Positions 18,430 to 29,148 of a stretch of DNA of 64,000 nucleotides are shown in pieces. The DNA comes from Candidatus Methanosuratincola verstraetei (GTDB lineage Archaea > Thermoproteota > Methanomethylicia > Methanomethylicales > Methanomethylicaceae): assembly GCA_049570475.1 (NCBI GenBank), contig CP186953.1, positions 832,001-896,000 on the forward strand. The letters are read 5' to 3'. Under the pieces are notes generated by a model. It searched no databases. It was not told the DNA's origin and saw nothing but the letters and a program-made list of their open reading frames with translations. The position numbers were made by a program, and so were the translations under genes. The stretch's first letter is position 1. The number at the start of each line of letters is the position of its first letter.

Positions 18430-19539
18430 TCAGCCTTTATGCCGGCTTTCGACCTTCGAAATCCTGTAAACTGCCTCCTTGCCGGAATGCCTTATCAATA
18501 GACCCTCCTCCCCGATCTTCATATCGGGCGGAACCGTCTCCGGGGGCACTTCTATGAAGTTGGATTCCTTCAAGTCATAAAAGTCCACATGGGTGCTCGT
18601 CCTCCCGTCCAACCTGACCCTCCTGACTTCGTCCTCTGCTAGCTTCTCAAGAGTGGCATATTCGTCCAAACCTAGGGTTCTGTGCTCTCTGCCCCTCATG
18701 TCTTTTATTACTGCCCTGCCGCGGTCAAACCCGGTTAGCAAGTACACATTATTCCGGAGTGATACGATGTCCCCTGCCCTGAGCTTCGGCATCTTGATGC
18801 TGATCGTATTCTTGTAGACCCTCCCGCCAGTCCTCCTGTCCACGCCAACCAGTTTGGGGCTCTCCTGGACGGTTGCACCGTAATCCTCGTGGAGCCTTTT
18901 TGCGAAAATCCGGGCGGTCGTCAGCGTAGCGAATTTCATGTCATAGCCCCCCTCCTTTTCCTTAACCTCGACTATGCCCCCCCTTCTTTTGTCCGCCCCT
19001 CTTTTGCAAATATCTTCAATCGCCCGCTCCACATGATGCTGGTCCTCGGCGTCCAGATCTCTGCCCTCCGCCCTGATCTGCACGACCGCCTCATGCTCCT
19101 TCCTTGCGTACCGTATGCAGGCACCGCAAGTCGCATAATCGATCGAAACTAGCACTGACGTCATGTGCTCTGAACCCGTGGCACTCTCTTTGAGCCTCAA
19201 GTTCAGCATCATTGCCTTAGGCAGACCGTTACCGTCTCTGTCGAGAACCTCCCCGCTCGCCCCTTCCAGGGTTACCCCTTCCGGCAATTTATTCCTCCTC
19301 AGAAGCTCGGTCTCGGATGCGGCGATCGCTTTCGAATCGTTGTCGGCAATCTCATCCCTCTCAACCCACCTCTTCCCTTGGAGGTAAGATCGGCATTCCG
19401 GGCACATGGTCACAGTCAAGTCCGAAGGCATTTCCATGTCCACTTCTTTCCAGTAGCATTCGGCACAAAGCCCTCGGATATATGCGCCCGACTCGGATCC
19501 ACATTTTGCACAAAAGCGCCCCATCGAAGCGCCCCTCAT
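18430..19539 (-). CDS. nmd3: NMD3-family ribosome biogenesis protein
   Basis: Four CxxC pairs, EAVVQIR, KLVGVDR..G..VY. Confidence 0.9.
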   Translation of the reverse strand: MRGASMGRFCAKCGSESGAYIRGLCAECYWKEVDMEMPSDLTVTMCPECRSYLQGKRWVERDEIADNDSKAIAASETELLRRNKLPEGVTLEGASGEVLDRDGNGLPKAMMLNLRLKESATGSEHMTSVLVSIDYATCGACIRYARKEHEAVVQIRAEGRDLDAEDQHHVERAIEDICKRGADKRRGGIVEVKEKEGGYDMKFATLTTARIFAKRLHEDYGATVQESPKLVGVDRRTGGRVYKNTISIKMPKLRAGDIVSLRNNVYLLTGFDRGRAVIKDMRGREHRTLGLDEYATLEKLAEDEVRRVRLDGRTSTHVDFYDLKESNFIEVPPETVPPDMKIGEEGLLIRHSGKEAVYRISKVESRHKG

Positions 19540-19844
19540 ATAAGAACGAATTGCGCGTGGGGTATGCCGTTCACTGTCATTATGCCATCTTCATGTATCA
19601 GTCCTGCTTCCTTCCCGCACCTTACAGCAACTTCGCCGACCAGGTTTGCAACCGTCGCCTTCTTAAGGTAATCTATGGCGGTCTCTGTCGAAACGAGTTC
19701 GCCTTTATAGAAAGCCTCATTCACGTCAAGGAGTAGCCGGCCTTCAGAGAACTTCTTCCCAAGGAGTTGAGGGTCGCAAACTGCTACCATAAATTCTCCT
19801 TCGCGAACAGCCCACACCTTCACAATAAGCTTTTCTTCTTTCAT
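19536..19844 (-). CDS. DUF424 family protein
   Basis: VAVCD..LLGK, FY.G, ANLVG, PHAQ; lies between aIF-2beta and NMD3. Confidence 0.88.
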   Translation of the reverse strand: MKEEKLIVKVWAVREGEFMVAVCDPQLLGKKFSEGRLLLDVNEAFYKGELVSTETAIDYLKKATVANLVGEVAVRCGKEAGLIHEDGIMTVNGIPHAQFVLI

Positions 19845-19853
19845 TGGATACCC

Positions 19854-20276
19854 TCAAATCAGTGTCTTGGCTGGGTTCTTTGCACCGCATACTTCACAGA
19901 CAATGAACGTCAGCCTGCCCTCCTTTACCAATTTCGTGTCTGGCTTGTTGCAAGAGCTGCAAAGAACATATGCCTTGATATACCTAACTATCAGGTCGTC
20001 AATTACTTCTTTTGAGAACTTGCCATTCAGCGATGCCCTGGCGTCCTCCATCGTACCGGAAGTCGCAAGCTCCCTGACTATGAACTTGAGCACATGGTTA
20101 GGCGTCCTGTTTAGCCTCGAAGCTATCTCTTTGAAATTGTTTATGACTGTCTTTGATCCTATTACCGCTACATCCGCCTTGGGGGTTTCATACTTGGTGG
20201 ACTTGAAGACCTTCTCGGGTATCTTCGAGAAACCCCTCTGGAGCAGGGCCTCATAATCGTAAGACATCGCTACCAC
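19854..20276 (-). CDS. eif2b: Translation initiation factor aIF-2 beta
   Basis: YEALL.R, NF.EI...LNR, ELAT, C-terminal C..C.KPDT...C..CGA. Confidence 0.95.
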   Translation of the reverse strand: MVAMSYDYEALLQRGFSKIPEKVFKSTKYETPKADVAVIGSKTVINNFKEIASRLNRTPNHVLKFIVRELATSGTMEDARASLNGKFSKEVIDDLIVRYIKAYVLCSSCNKPDTKLVKEGRLTFIVCEVCGAKNPAKTLI

Positions 20277-20438
20277 TCAAATATGGAAACATTCAACCGC
20301 TATAAATCCTTATAGTACAGACCACGAAAATGCCTGGCGCTGCCGCGCAGGGTCTTAATCCTTGCGCCTCCCCACCAAAACTCTAGATATATTAAATTAT
20401 AAGCAAAATTGAATATATTGCTTAAAAGAGTGATAGTT

Positions 20439-22445
20439 ATGGCACCTATAGTCGTCACCTCTGCCCTGCCCTACAGCAACGATCGCCTACACTTGGGGCA
20501 CCTCCGATCAACTTACCTTCCGCCTGACGTCTTCGTCAGATATTTGAGGAGAAAGGGCGAGGATGTTATATTCATCTGTGCCACAGACGAGCACGGCACG
20601 CCAATTGCTCTCCGTGCAGAAAAAGAGCATGTACACCCTAAGGAGATCACTGACCGCTACTTCCCATTGATAAAGGGCGACCTTGAGAAGATGGGCTGCA
20701 GCTTCGATTACTTCTCGCGCACAACCGAGGGCATCCATTACGAAATGACACAGCACTTCTTCAAGACCCTCCTTGAGAGGGGGTATATCTACGAGCAGGA
20801 GATTGACCTGCTCCGATGCCCTAAATGCGACAAATACCTCCCTGACCGATATGTGGAGGGTGTCTGCCCCTTCTGCGGGTACGAGGGGGCTAGGGGAGAC
20901 TCATGCGATTCGTGCGGCAGGTACCTGAGGATTAACGAGCTCAAGGACCCAAAGTGTGCAATATGCGGGACCAAGCCGGAGCCATCGAAGACAAAGCACT
21001 GGTTCTTCAGGCTTACCGCATTCGAGGAGAGCCTTAAGAAATGGCTGGAGGAGAACAGCAAGATCCCAGAGAATGTGAAGAAATACGCGCTCCAGTGGAT
21101 AAATGAGGGTCTTCATGACTGGGACATCACCAGGGACATGTCTTGGGGCGTCCCGATACCCGCAGAGGGCGGCGAAGGGAAAGTTGTTTACGTCTGGTTT
21201 GATGCGCCTATAGGGTACATCTCGTCTACAAGGGCCTGCTTCATGATTAAGGGGGTTGAGGCCCAAGACATGTGGAGGCGGTACTGGCAGGGGGATGGGA
21301 GGATAATCCACTTCATAGGCAAGGATATCATCTACCACCATGCAATATTCTGGCCTGCCATGCTCATGGGGACTGGCGAGTTCAACATCCCGGAGGGGAT
21401 CATAGCTGGAGAGTACCTGACCCTCGAGGGAAAGAAGATGTCGAAGAGCCGGGGGTGGTACGTCAGCATTGAAAACTACCTGAAAGCATTCGACGCCGAC
21501 CCGATGCGCTACTACCTTATCTCAGTCGCCCCCCTGGACAGGGATGCGGACTTTTCTATCGACGATTTTGTGAAGCGCTACAACGACGAGCTCGCCGACG
21601 TCCTGGGAAATTTCGTGCACAGGACGCTGACCTTCATTGAGCGATTCTTCGGATCAGCGGTTCCTGAGGCCAGACTCAACGAAAACGATGAGAGGATGTT
21701 GGAACTGATTAGAAAAACGGTTGCTGAGACCGCCTCGCTTCTTGAGGAAAAGCGGTTCCGGGACGCCCTCCTCTCAGTTATGGGTCTCGCAAGGGAGGGG
21801 AATAAGTACCTGAACGACTCCGCACCTTGGGCAACAATCAAGTCCTCCCCCGAGCGGGCCGCTGCGGCTCTATACACCTCGGCACAGGTCGTCAAGGCAA
21901 TCGGCAGCATGATCTTCCCGTTCTTGCCGTCGACGTCGAGGAAGGTTTGGGAGATGCTAGGTCTCACATCGGACATCGAGCGCCTGCCATGGGACGAAGC
22001 CATCTCGCCCTTGCCTCAAGGCCATAAGATAGGTAAGCCTTCGCCCCTCTTCAAGAAGATAGCGCCACAGGATATCCCGAAGATTAGGGAAACACTTCTT
22101 CCACGCAAGGACGTCGGCGAAAGGATCCCGATAGAGGAGTTCAAGAAGTCCAAGATAGGGATTGGCGAGATTATAGCCGCTGAGAGGATTAAGGGATCCA
22201 GGGACCTGCTGCACTTGGAGATAGACCTAGGCGAATTCGGGATCAGATCCTGCGTGGCAGGAATCGCCAAGTACTATGCGCCAGACGAGCTCCTGCACAA
22301 GCGTGTTGCTGTGTTGATGAATGTGCAGCCCACAACGCTCTTCGGTTTCAAATCAGAGGTCATGATACTTGCTGCGGACGGGGGGGATAAGGTGGCTCTG
22401 TTGAGCCCTGACAGGGTCGTCCCCTCGGGCTCACAAGTAAGGTGA
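20439..22445 (+). CDS. metG: Methionyl-tRNA synthetase with C-terminal tRNA-binding domain
   Basis: SALPY, HLGH, DEHG, Zn knuckles, YVWFDAP, KMSKS, OB-fold tail. Confidence 0.97.
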   Translation: MAPIVVTSALPYSNDRLHLGHLRSTYLPPDVFVRYLRRKGEDVIFICATDEHGTPIALRAEKEHVHPKEITDRYFPLIKGDLEKMGCSFDYFSRTTEGIHYEMTQHFFKTLLERGYIYEQEIDLLRCPKCDKYLPDRYVEGVCPFCGYEGARGDSCDSCGRYLRINELKDPKCAICGTKPEPSKTKHWFFRLTAFEESLKKWLEENSKIPENVKKYALQWINEGLHDWDITRDMSWGVPIPAEGGEGKVVYVWFDAPIGYISSTRACFMIKGVEAQDMWRRYWQGDGRIIHFIGKDIIYHHAIFWPAMLMGTGEFNIPEGIIAGEYLTLEGKKMSKSRGWYVSIENYLKAFDADPMRYYLISVAPLDRDADFSIDDFVKRYNDELADVLGNFVHRTLTFIERFFGSAVPEARLNENDERMLELIRKTVAETASLLEEKRFRDALLSVMGLAREGNKYLNDSAPWATIKSSPERAAAALYTSAQVVKAIGSMIFPFLPSTSRKVWEMLGLTSDIERLPWDEAISPLPQGHKIGKPSPLFKKIAPQDIPKIRETLLPRKDVGERIPIEEFKKSKIGIGEIIAAERIKGSRDLLHLEIDLGEFGIRSCVAGIAKYYAPDELLHKRVAVLMNVQPTTLFGFKSEVMILAADGGDKVALLSPDRVVPSGSQVR

Positions 22446-22457
22446 CAGGGATCCGCA

Positions 22458-23120
22458 TTGCTTCTGAAGATTGATCTTCACGTCCACACCGACCGATCCC
22501 CTGACGGCTGCTCCTCTATAGGGGAAATTGCAGAGGCTGCGAAAAGAAAGGGTCTGGATGGGGTTGCAATAACAGACCATGATCTCATCCTAGGCGAGTC
22601 AGATGCCTTAAAGCTCTCTTGCGAGCTCGGCACCCTGGTGATACCTGGAGTTGAGCTAAGCACACCCGAGGGTCACCTGATAGTCCTTAACCCAAAGCGT
22701 GAGTTTGGGGGCCTCCCACTGAGAGCCGTGGCAGAATCTGCCCGCCAGGACGGATCCATTCTGATCATCCCGCACCCGATGGATCCTCTGAGCCATGGAA
22801 TCGGATTCTCAGAGGCTAGCTCCCTGATCCTGTATTCCCCGCTCATAGAGGCTCTCAACGCCTCCACTTTGAACAGGTACAACTCTAGAGCCAAGGACTT
22901 TGCCTTGAGGAACTCGTTGCCGATGGTAGCAGGAAGCGATGCCCACTTGGCTGACGCTGTGGGCGATGCTTTTACGGTTGTTGACTCGCCTTCTTGCGAT
23001 ATGGCATCAGTGTTGTCCTCGATCTCTATTGGAAAGACCGCCCCTTCAGGAGGACGCACTTCAGCCGCGACCGCCGCAAAGACTGTTTGCACCAGGCTTA
23101 TCAGACGTATCCGTGGTTGA
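22458..23120 (+). CDS. PHP-domain phosphoesterase
   Basis: DLHVHT..S.DG, ITDHD, PGVE, PHP, GSDAH. Confidence 0.9.
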   Translation: MLLKIDLHVHTDRSPDGCSSIGEIAEAAKRKGLDGVAITDHDLILGESDALKLSCELGTLVIPGVELSTPEGHLIVLNPKREFGGLPLRAVAESARQDGSILIIPHPMDPLSHGIGFSEASSLILYSPLIEALNASTLNRYNSRAKDFALRNSLPMVAGSDAHLADAVGDAFTVVDSPSCDMASVLSSISIGKTAPSGGRTSAATAAKTVCTRLIRRIRG

Positions 23121-23137
23121 CTTCTGGGGAATGCTCG

Positions 23138-24394
23138 TTGCGTGTATTCGTAAAGACATTCGGATGCGAGCTCAACAGGGCAGACTCCGAGGTGATCGCT
23201 GAACTGCTAAACTGCAATTCGATCGGAATCACAGATTCCGAGGGCGATGCAGATGCCGTCGTAGTCAATACATGCACCGTCCGGGAGGAGACTGAAAGCA
23301 AGGTACTGCAGTACATCTCGTCGGTCAGGAACAAGAGGGTAGTCGCGACCGGGTGCATGGCTGCAGCCCAACCTGGTCTGCTCAGATCCATCTATCCAGA
23401 AATATCCATAGTGACCATTAACAATCTCCACGATCTGGTTCGGGCGTTGCGGGATAGGGTCGTCTCCGTTAAAAAAGGAGGATCTTACCCGGCACCCGCC
23501 CCATTCAAAAGTGGGGTAGTTCACACCATCCCAATCTCCAGAGGGTGCATTGGAGAATGCTCATACTGCATAGCAAGGTTGGCTAGAGGCGGTCTCTCAA
23601 GCACCCCGCCTGAGGTTATACTCAGTATCGTTGAGTCTGCCACCTCCTCTGGGGCGTTGGAGATTAGGCTGGCTGCGCAGGATGCCGGAGCCTACGGGTT
23701 GGACATCGGGCATTCTTTGACATCCCTGCTGAGGCTTGTTGCCGCATTGCCTTATGACTTCAGGATCAGGGTGGGCATGTTTAAACTTTCTTCAGTATGG
23801 GCTTTTTTCGATGAGCTCATGGATTGCTACGCCTCCAAAAAAATCTACAAGTTTGTGCATATGCCTTTGCAGAGCGGCAGCGACCATGTCCTGTCCCTCA
23901 TGCACAGGGGGTACACCGTTGGCATGTACCTTGAGGCTGTGAAGCGCATGCGAAGCCGATTCCCAGAGATTACCCTCGCCACTGACATAATAGTTGGATA
24001 TCCTGGCGAAACCGAAGACGACTTCAAAGAGACCTGCGAAGTGGTCGAAGCAATAACGCCAGACAAGATCCATATCTCCCGATTCACCCCGCGCCCCCAT
24101 ACGCCAGCTTCCCTGTTAGAGCAGGTTCCCGAGCCGGTCAAAAAGGCCCGCAGCCGAATACTTGCCAGAAAGAAGATTTCGATCCAGGCAAGTAGAAACA
24201 AGAAATGGATCGGTAGAGAGGTCGAGGCAACAATACTCGCCTCGCGCAAGGGCATTGGGGCGATTGCGAGGACAGACGAGTACAAGCCCGTGCTTTTGAG
24301 AGGTGCAGACTGCCTTGCGTTGGGCTCCAGGCATACGCTTGAAATAACCGGTTGCTCGCCGTTCAGTCTCGTAGGTAAAGTCATCCGCCGCTGA
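23138..24394 (+). CDS. mtaB: tRNA t6A37 methylthiotransferase (MtaB/MiaB-like radical SAM)
   Basis: TFGC..N..DSE, NTCTV, GCIGECSYC, QSGS, DIIVGYPGET, TRAM-like tail; TTG at 23138 is the likely start. Confidence 0.88.
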   Translation: MRVFVKTFGCELNRADSEVIAELLNCNSIGITDSEGDADAVVVNTCTVREETESKVLQYISSVRNKRVVATGCMAAAQPGLLRSIYPEISIVTINNLHDLVRALRDRVVSVKKGGSYPAPAPFKSGVVHTIPISRGCIGECSYCIARLARGGLSSTPPEVILSIVESATSSGALEIRLAAQDAGAYGLDIGHSLTSLLRLVAALPYDFRIRVGMFKLSSVWAFFDELMDCYASKKIYKFVHMPLQSGSDHVLSLMHRGYTVGMYLEAVKRMRSRFPEITLATDIIVGYPGETEDDFKETCEVVEAITPDKIHISRFTPRPHTPASLLEQVPEPVKKARSRILARKKISIQASRNKKWIGREVEATILASRKGIGAIARTDEYKPVLLRGADCLALGSRHTLEITGCSPFSLVGKVIRR

Positions 24395-24656
24395 CCGGTG
24401 GCAATATAGCCACCGTCCCGTCAGAGAGCTTTTTTCCGAAATCTGCAGGGGGCACGAGCTCCTTTCCAGACATCACTTTGTAGCTCTCGTCGAACTTCCC
24501 GTTCTTGAAAACCGCCCCCTCGAGGCTAGGGATCTCGACCAATACCTTTTCCAGGACCTCTTTGATGCTTGGTCTGTCGCTGAACTCGAGAATCGCCCTA
24601 TCCCTTCCCGCTCTCTCCCTTAGATCAGCAAAAAGTCTGACGCATACCGTCCCCAT
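24381..24656 (-). CDS. MoaD/SAMP ubiquitin-like sulfur carrier
   Basis: VRLFADLRE..G; C-terminal ILPPVSGG. Confidence 0.9.
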   Translation of the reverse strand: MGTVCVRLFADLRERAGRDRAILEFSDRPSIKEVLEKVLVEIPSLEGAVFKNGKFDESYKVMSGKELVPPADFGKKLSDGTVAILPPVSGG

Positions 24657-24949
24657 TATGCCTGTTCCTCGTTGACGGCTTTATTTATCTGCTCCTCCAT
24701 TATGTGCCCTTTGCACCTTATGTTAGCCTTCTTAACGCCGGGCACGCTCAAGACTGCCTTCTTTATCTCCTGTGCTAGGTAGAACGCTATTGGGCACATA
24801 GGACTGGAAGGGACAAACTCAAGCTTGACCACGCCGTCAGTCTCCTCTAAATTGTCAATGAGCTGCATGTCCACCATGCTCATGCCCGTCTCAGGGTCCA
24901 TGACGTTCTTGAGGGCGTCAATGACCTTGGACTCTATCTCTTTTCCCAT
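24656..24949 (-). CDS. DUF59/SufT-like Fe-S cluster assembly factor
   Basis: L..V.DPE, SP.CP motif. Confidence 0.88.
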   Translation of the reverse strand: MGKEIESKVIDALKNVMDPETGMSMVDMQLIDNLEETDGVVKLEFVPSSPMCPIAFYLAQEIKKAVLSVPGVKKANIRCKGHIMEEQINKAVNEEQA

Positions 24950-25290
24950 TTCTATCCCTTATTTCTCTTGCCTGCCGTAGTATAAATACATTAAACAGGG
25001 GGCGCACTTTCCGCTAATGGCAACCCATTTCATTTTTAAGGGAATAAGTGTCTTATATAATTTTTTAATTAAAATTAAATTATGAAAAACTTTATAAATT
25101 AAATAAAACTATGAATAATCTTCGTATACTAGGGAGGCTTAAAAATCCTAGCTCATGCTTTCCAAACACAAACAGAAGAACTGGCGACCAGAACGCCCCT
25201 TTCAATTGTAGTTCTTATTTGGTGTTTCGAACAAATTGTATCCCAGATCCCTCCCATCGGTTGTTAGTGAAATCAGTATGGGTGGTCCGG

Positions 25291-27216
25291 ATGGAACAGC
25301 CGCTTTTGTGGTTTTCTATCGTGCTGCCATGTGCCGTTGGCGCACTCTGCTTCCCTTTTGGAAGACGCTCTGGCTACGCGGTTGCCTCGTCCTCGGCCAT
25401 CTCATTCCTGATAATAGGCTCATTCGCATTACCAGCAATTGAAGGCGAAGTTGATCATGTGCAGGGTTTCGAGTGGTGGGGGATCCAGGGTGCCAAGGTC
25501 AGTTTCGGACTGATTGTCGACCCGATCAGTGTGCTGATGGGTTTGATTGTCTCTTTCATCTCGATTGCAGTATTCATATACTCGATCGAATACATGCGAA
25601 ACGAAGAGGGGCCTTCACGTTTCTGGTTCTTGATGTCATGCTTCGAGTCGAGCATGCTCTTGCTCGTTTTTTCAGATAACTTCATAATGAGCTTTCTGGG
25701 ATGGGAGGGTGTAGGCCTGAGCAGCTACTTCTTGATCGGTCACTACTACAGGGATCAGAAAGAGCGTTGGCTAGGCGGCCCGGAGGGTGTTGCCCCTTTT
25801 GAGAGGCCTTCCATCTGCGGGGAGAAGGCTCTGCTCACCACTGGGTTGGCAGATTCCCTTATGCTCGTGGGAATAATGATGATCTTCTCGATTTACGGGA
25901 CATTCGACTACCTGGAGATCCAAACTCTGGCATCAACAAAGCTCGTCAACCCATCATACATTCTAGCCGCCTCGCTCCTTCTAGTCATGGGGCCTCTGGG
26001 CAAGTCCGCCCAATTTCCCTTCAATGAATGGCTCCCTGAGGCGATGTCTGGCCCTACGCCTGTCAGCGCATTGTTGCATTCTGCAACGATGGTAAAAGCC
26101 GGGGTGTACCTTGTAGCTAGGGTCTCCCCTATATTCTACTCGCTGTCGCTAATTAGCCCTGTCGCGTCGTCTTCCTTCTTCCTAGTGGCAGCCACTGCCG
26201 GGCTCTTGACCGCCCTGATCGGATCCTTGTACGGCATGTTTGCGTTAGAGATGAAAAAAGTCCTCGCATATTCGACGGTTTCGCAGCTCGGTTTCATGTT
26301 TGTGGCGCTAGGGATAGCCGGAATCTCGGGGGATCCCCTCCTCGGGCTTTCCGCTGCCATTTTCCACATATTCGCACATTCGATCTTCAAGGCCTCGCTA
26401 TTTCTCGGCGCAGGATCTGCCATACACGTCTCGCACACTATCTACATCACTGAGATGGGCTCCCTGGTCAAAAAGGCACCAAAGACGTTTGTGGCGATGT
26501 TGATTTCTGCCCTGAGCCTCTGTGCGCTCCCACCACTAATGGGGTTCTGGAGCAAGGATGCAATCTTGGCGGCTGTGTATCCTGTGAATGCGATAGCTGC
26601 CATCCTTCTTGCCATGTCTTCTGCAATGACCTGCTTCTACTCTGTCCGTTTGCTATGGTACACCTTCGTGGCGCCGGCGAGGAAGGAGGCGCATGAAAAA
26701 GAGGCATGGCTCTTGGCTGCTCCGGCCCTGATGCTCTCTGGGCTGACGTTGTTACTAGGGCTCTTCGGTCAGTCTATAGAGCACTTGATAAGCGAATCCT
26801 TGTCTCACGCCCTAGATCTTGTGGGACCCCACAATTCTGGCGCATATGCAGCGCTCTTTCTTAGCGCCTTCGCACTACTATCGGGTCTAGGAACTGCTTA
26901 TCTAATGTACTTCAGGAGGAACCGTGCAGCGCTAGGGCTCGCTCGGCTCACCGCAGGAATGAGGGAGTCCCTGATGAAGCGCCCGGTCGACCGGCTGTAT
27001 TATGGGGTAGCTAGGGCAGTCAAAGCCGTATCAAGAAGCGCATGCTCTTTCGAGGTATTTCTAGACAAATCCAGCCAAGCTCTCGCTCGCGCTACCTTGG
27101 AGTCCGCCAGGCGCCTGAGCAGAGTACACTCGGGGGACCTTAACCGGTACTTGAGCATAGCTGGCGCGCTCCTGCTGCTTTTGATCGGATTTCTGCTATT
27201 GGTGAACTTGATATGA
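25291..27216 (+). CDS. NuoL/MrpA-like antiporter subunit
   Basis: WEGVGLSSYFLIG, KSAQFP..WLPEAM..PTPVSALLHSATMV.AG, HSIFKA, SKD, C-terminal lateral helix; ATG at 25291 likely. Confidence 0.9.
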   Translation: MEQPLLWFSIVLPCAVGALCFPFGRRSGYAVASSSAISFLIIGSFALPAIEGEVDHVQGFEWWGIQGAKVSFGLIVDPISVLMGLIVSFISIAVFIYSIEYMRNEEGPSRFWFLMSCFESSMLLLVFSDNFIMSFLGWEGVGLSSYFLIGHYYRDQKERWLGGPEGVAPFERPSICGEKALLTTGLADSLMLVGIMMIFSIYGTFDYLEIQTLASTKLVNPSYILAASLLLVMGPLGKSAQFPFNEWLPEAMSGPTPVSALLHSATMVKAGVYLVARVSPIFYSLSLISPVASSSFFLVAATAGLLTALIGSLYGMFALEMKKVLAYSTVSQLGFMFVALGIAGISGDPLLGLSAAIFHIFAHSIFKASLFLGAGSAIHVSHTIYITEMGSLVKKAPKTFVAMLISALSLCALPPLMGFWSKDAILAAVYPVNAIAAILLAMSSAMTCFYSVRLLWYTFVAPARKEAHEKEAWLLAAPALMLSGLTLLLGLFGQSIEHLISESLSHALDLVGPHNSGAYAALFLSAFALLSGLGTAYLMYFRRNRAALGLARLTAGMRESLMKRPVDRLYYGVARAVKAVSRSACSFEVFLDKSSQALARATLESARRLSRVHSGDLNRYLSIAGALLLLLIGFLLLVNLI

Positions 27217-28652
27217 CCCTCGTTTGCTTTGTCCTCATTCCGCTGCTCCTGCTCCCAGTGATCTACTTTGCAGGGCCCCGTCTAAAAGAAAAGGTCGGCT
27301 ATGCAGCTGCGATAGCGCCTCTGGCCGGCTTCGCCCAAACAATCTCTCTTTATCCGCTTTTGCTCAATGGCGAGAGGGCGTTTACCGAGATCGGGTGGGC
27401 AAACTACCTGGGGCTGGACATGAATTTCAACCTCTCTGTCGACGGGATAAGCCTGATATACGTGCTTTCGATTTCTTCCGTTTCAGCAGCAGTCTGCCTG
27501 TACTCCGTTAAGTACATGGACCACCGGATCTCTGAGCTGGGGATCGAGGGAAAGGAGAGGGGAAGGGCCTTTTCAAGGTTCTACGCGGTTTACTTGGCAT
27601 TCTATCTGGGGATGGTAGGGGCAGTCATTTCGACCAACGTGATCCAGTTCTACATCTTTTATGAACTCATACTTATCAGCACCTGGTTACTGATACACAT
27701 GTTCGGATACGGCGACAAAGAACGGGTCGCTCTTGTTTATTTCATTTGGACCCACATAAGTGGAATGCTCGTCCTGATCGGCTTTGTTCTCCACTACATG
27801 GAGAGCGGCTGCATTTCCATCGCATCATATCAGGATCTCTCCGGCGCCTCCTACCTCCTCCTGGTGGGCTTCTGCGTCAAAATGGCTGTATTCGGGCTCC
27901 ACACATGGCTGCCCCTGGCGCATGGCGAGGCTCCAACCCCGATAAGTGCCCTCCTGAGCCCTGTCACGATAGGCATTGGTGCGTACGGCATCTTGAGGAT
28001 GGCATTGCCCGCGGTGGCCAACCTCTCGCTCTGGATTGCCATCTGGGCGATGGTGACGATCATATATGGCGGGATCGTAGCGCTGGGCGAGGACGACATA
28101 AAAAGGCTTTTGGCATACTCAAGCATAAGTCATATGGGTTACATGCTTTTGGGGATCGCCTCAATAACTTATGTCGGGTCCGTTGGCGTGGTCTACCACT
28201 ACCTTACTCATGCGTTCCTGAAGGCAGTCCTATTCATGACCGCAGGCGTCCTTATGATGCAGCTCCACGGGATTAGGCGCATAAGCATGATGGGGGGTCT
28301 CGCTGCAAAGACCCCTGTGGCTGCATTCTTCTTGGCTTCCGGCTTCCTTGGGCTTGCAGGCTTCCCCCCTTTTTCCGGTTTTAATTCCAAGTTGATGATC
28401 TTCACGGGTGCTTTTCTGGGCGCGGGAGACCAAACCTATCTGGTAATAGTGGCTGGCGCGGCATTCTCCTCGATTCTGACCGTTGCCTATGGAGCTGAGG
28501 CGATCCGCAAGTCGATGTTTGGGCCTGCCAAGGAGGGTCTAAATCTGGAAAAGGCTGAGGTGTCTATGCTGATTCCGATCGCAGCCATGCTGATCCTCTC
28601 CTTGGCATTCTTCTTCCTGCCTTGGCTGGTTTTGGTTCCTCTGGGGGGCTAA
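27213..28652 (+). CDS. NuoM-like antiporter subunit
   Basis: FYIFYE, K...FGLHTWLP.AHGEAPT, KRLLAYSSISHMG. Confidence 0.88.
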   Translation: MTLVCFVLIPLLLLPVIYFAGPRLKEKVGYAAAIAPLAGFAQTISLYPLLLNGERAFTEIGWANYLGLDMNFNLSVDGISLIYVLSISSVSAAVCLYSVKYMDHRISELGIEGKERGRAFSRFYAVYLAFYLGMVGAVISTNVIQFYIFYELILISTWLLIHMFGYGDKERVALVYFIWTHISGMLVLIGFVLHYMESGCISIASYQDLSGASYLLLVGFCVKMAVFGLHTWLPLAHGEAPTPISALLSPVTIGIGAYGILRMALPAVANLSLWIAIWAMVTIIYGGIVALGEDDIKRLLAYSSISHMGYMLLGIASITYVGSVGVVYHYLTHAFLKAVLFMTAGVLMMQLHGIRRISMMGGLAAKTPVAAFFLASGFLGLAGFPPFSGFNSKLMIFTGAFLGAGDQTYLVIVAGAAFSSILTVAYGAEAIRKSMFGPAKEGLNLEKAEVSMLIPIAAMLILSLAFFFLPWLVLVPLGG

Positions 28653-28656
28653 GAAA

Positions 28657-29148
28657 GTGCTTGTAAAAGTTTTGTTCACTGCCTTTGTCTCATTTTTAGT
28701 CTACATCTCCCTTGTCGGAAGTCTAGGTACGGATGAACTGACAATTGGGCTGATTATTGCGGGGATAGTCGGCATAATCACCCGAAACCTTGTAGTCTCT
28801 GACGAGAAAAAAGTCCTGGACCCGAAGCGGTGGTTGAACGCGCTGCGGTATTTGGCATTGTATTGGCTCTATTATGAGCCAATTGCCCACTGGGACGTGA
28901 TCAAGAGAGTGTTCAATATGGATCTGCACCCGTCGATAGTCCGCGTGCCTTATTCTCTGAAGAGTGAGTACGGAGTTACGGCGGTAGGCAACTCCATAAC
29001 CAACACGCCAGGGACTGTTGTTGTTGATGTGGATGAGAAAAGGGGATACTACTATGTCCACTGGATTAACGCCCCTTCTGTCGAGGAGGGTTTCTGCTAC
29101 AATAACATAAGCAAGGGGTTTGAGGAGTTGGTGAGGCGCTTCCTATGA
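28657..29148 (+). CDS. mrpE: Na+/H+ antiporter subunit E
   Basis: NSITNTPGT, YVHWI. Confidence 0.88.
   Translation: MLVKVLFTAFVSFLVYISLVGSLGTDELTIGLIIAGIVGIITRNLVVSDEKKVLDPKRWLNALRYLALYWLYYEPIAHWDVIKRVFNMDLHPSIVRVPYSLKSEYGVTAVGNSITNTPGTVVVDVDEKRGYYYVHWINAPSVEEGFCYNNISKGFEELVRRFL

Noticed and set aside
25111-25290. 60-aa N-terminal extension of the NuoL-like ORF (likewise the extensions of mtaB, gcvPB, trm112, the kinase and arlH)
   Set aside because: Longest-ORF artefacts; family-typical starts with SD-like sites lie downstream
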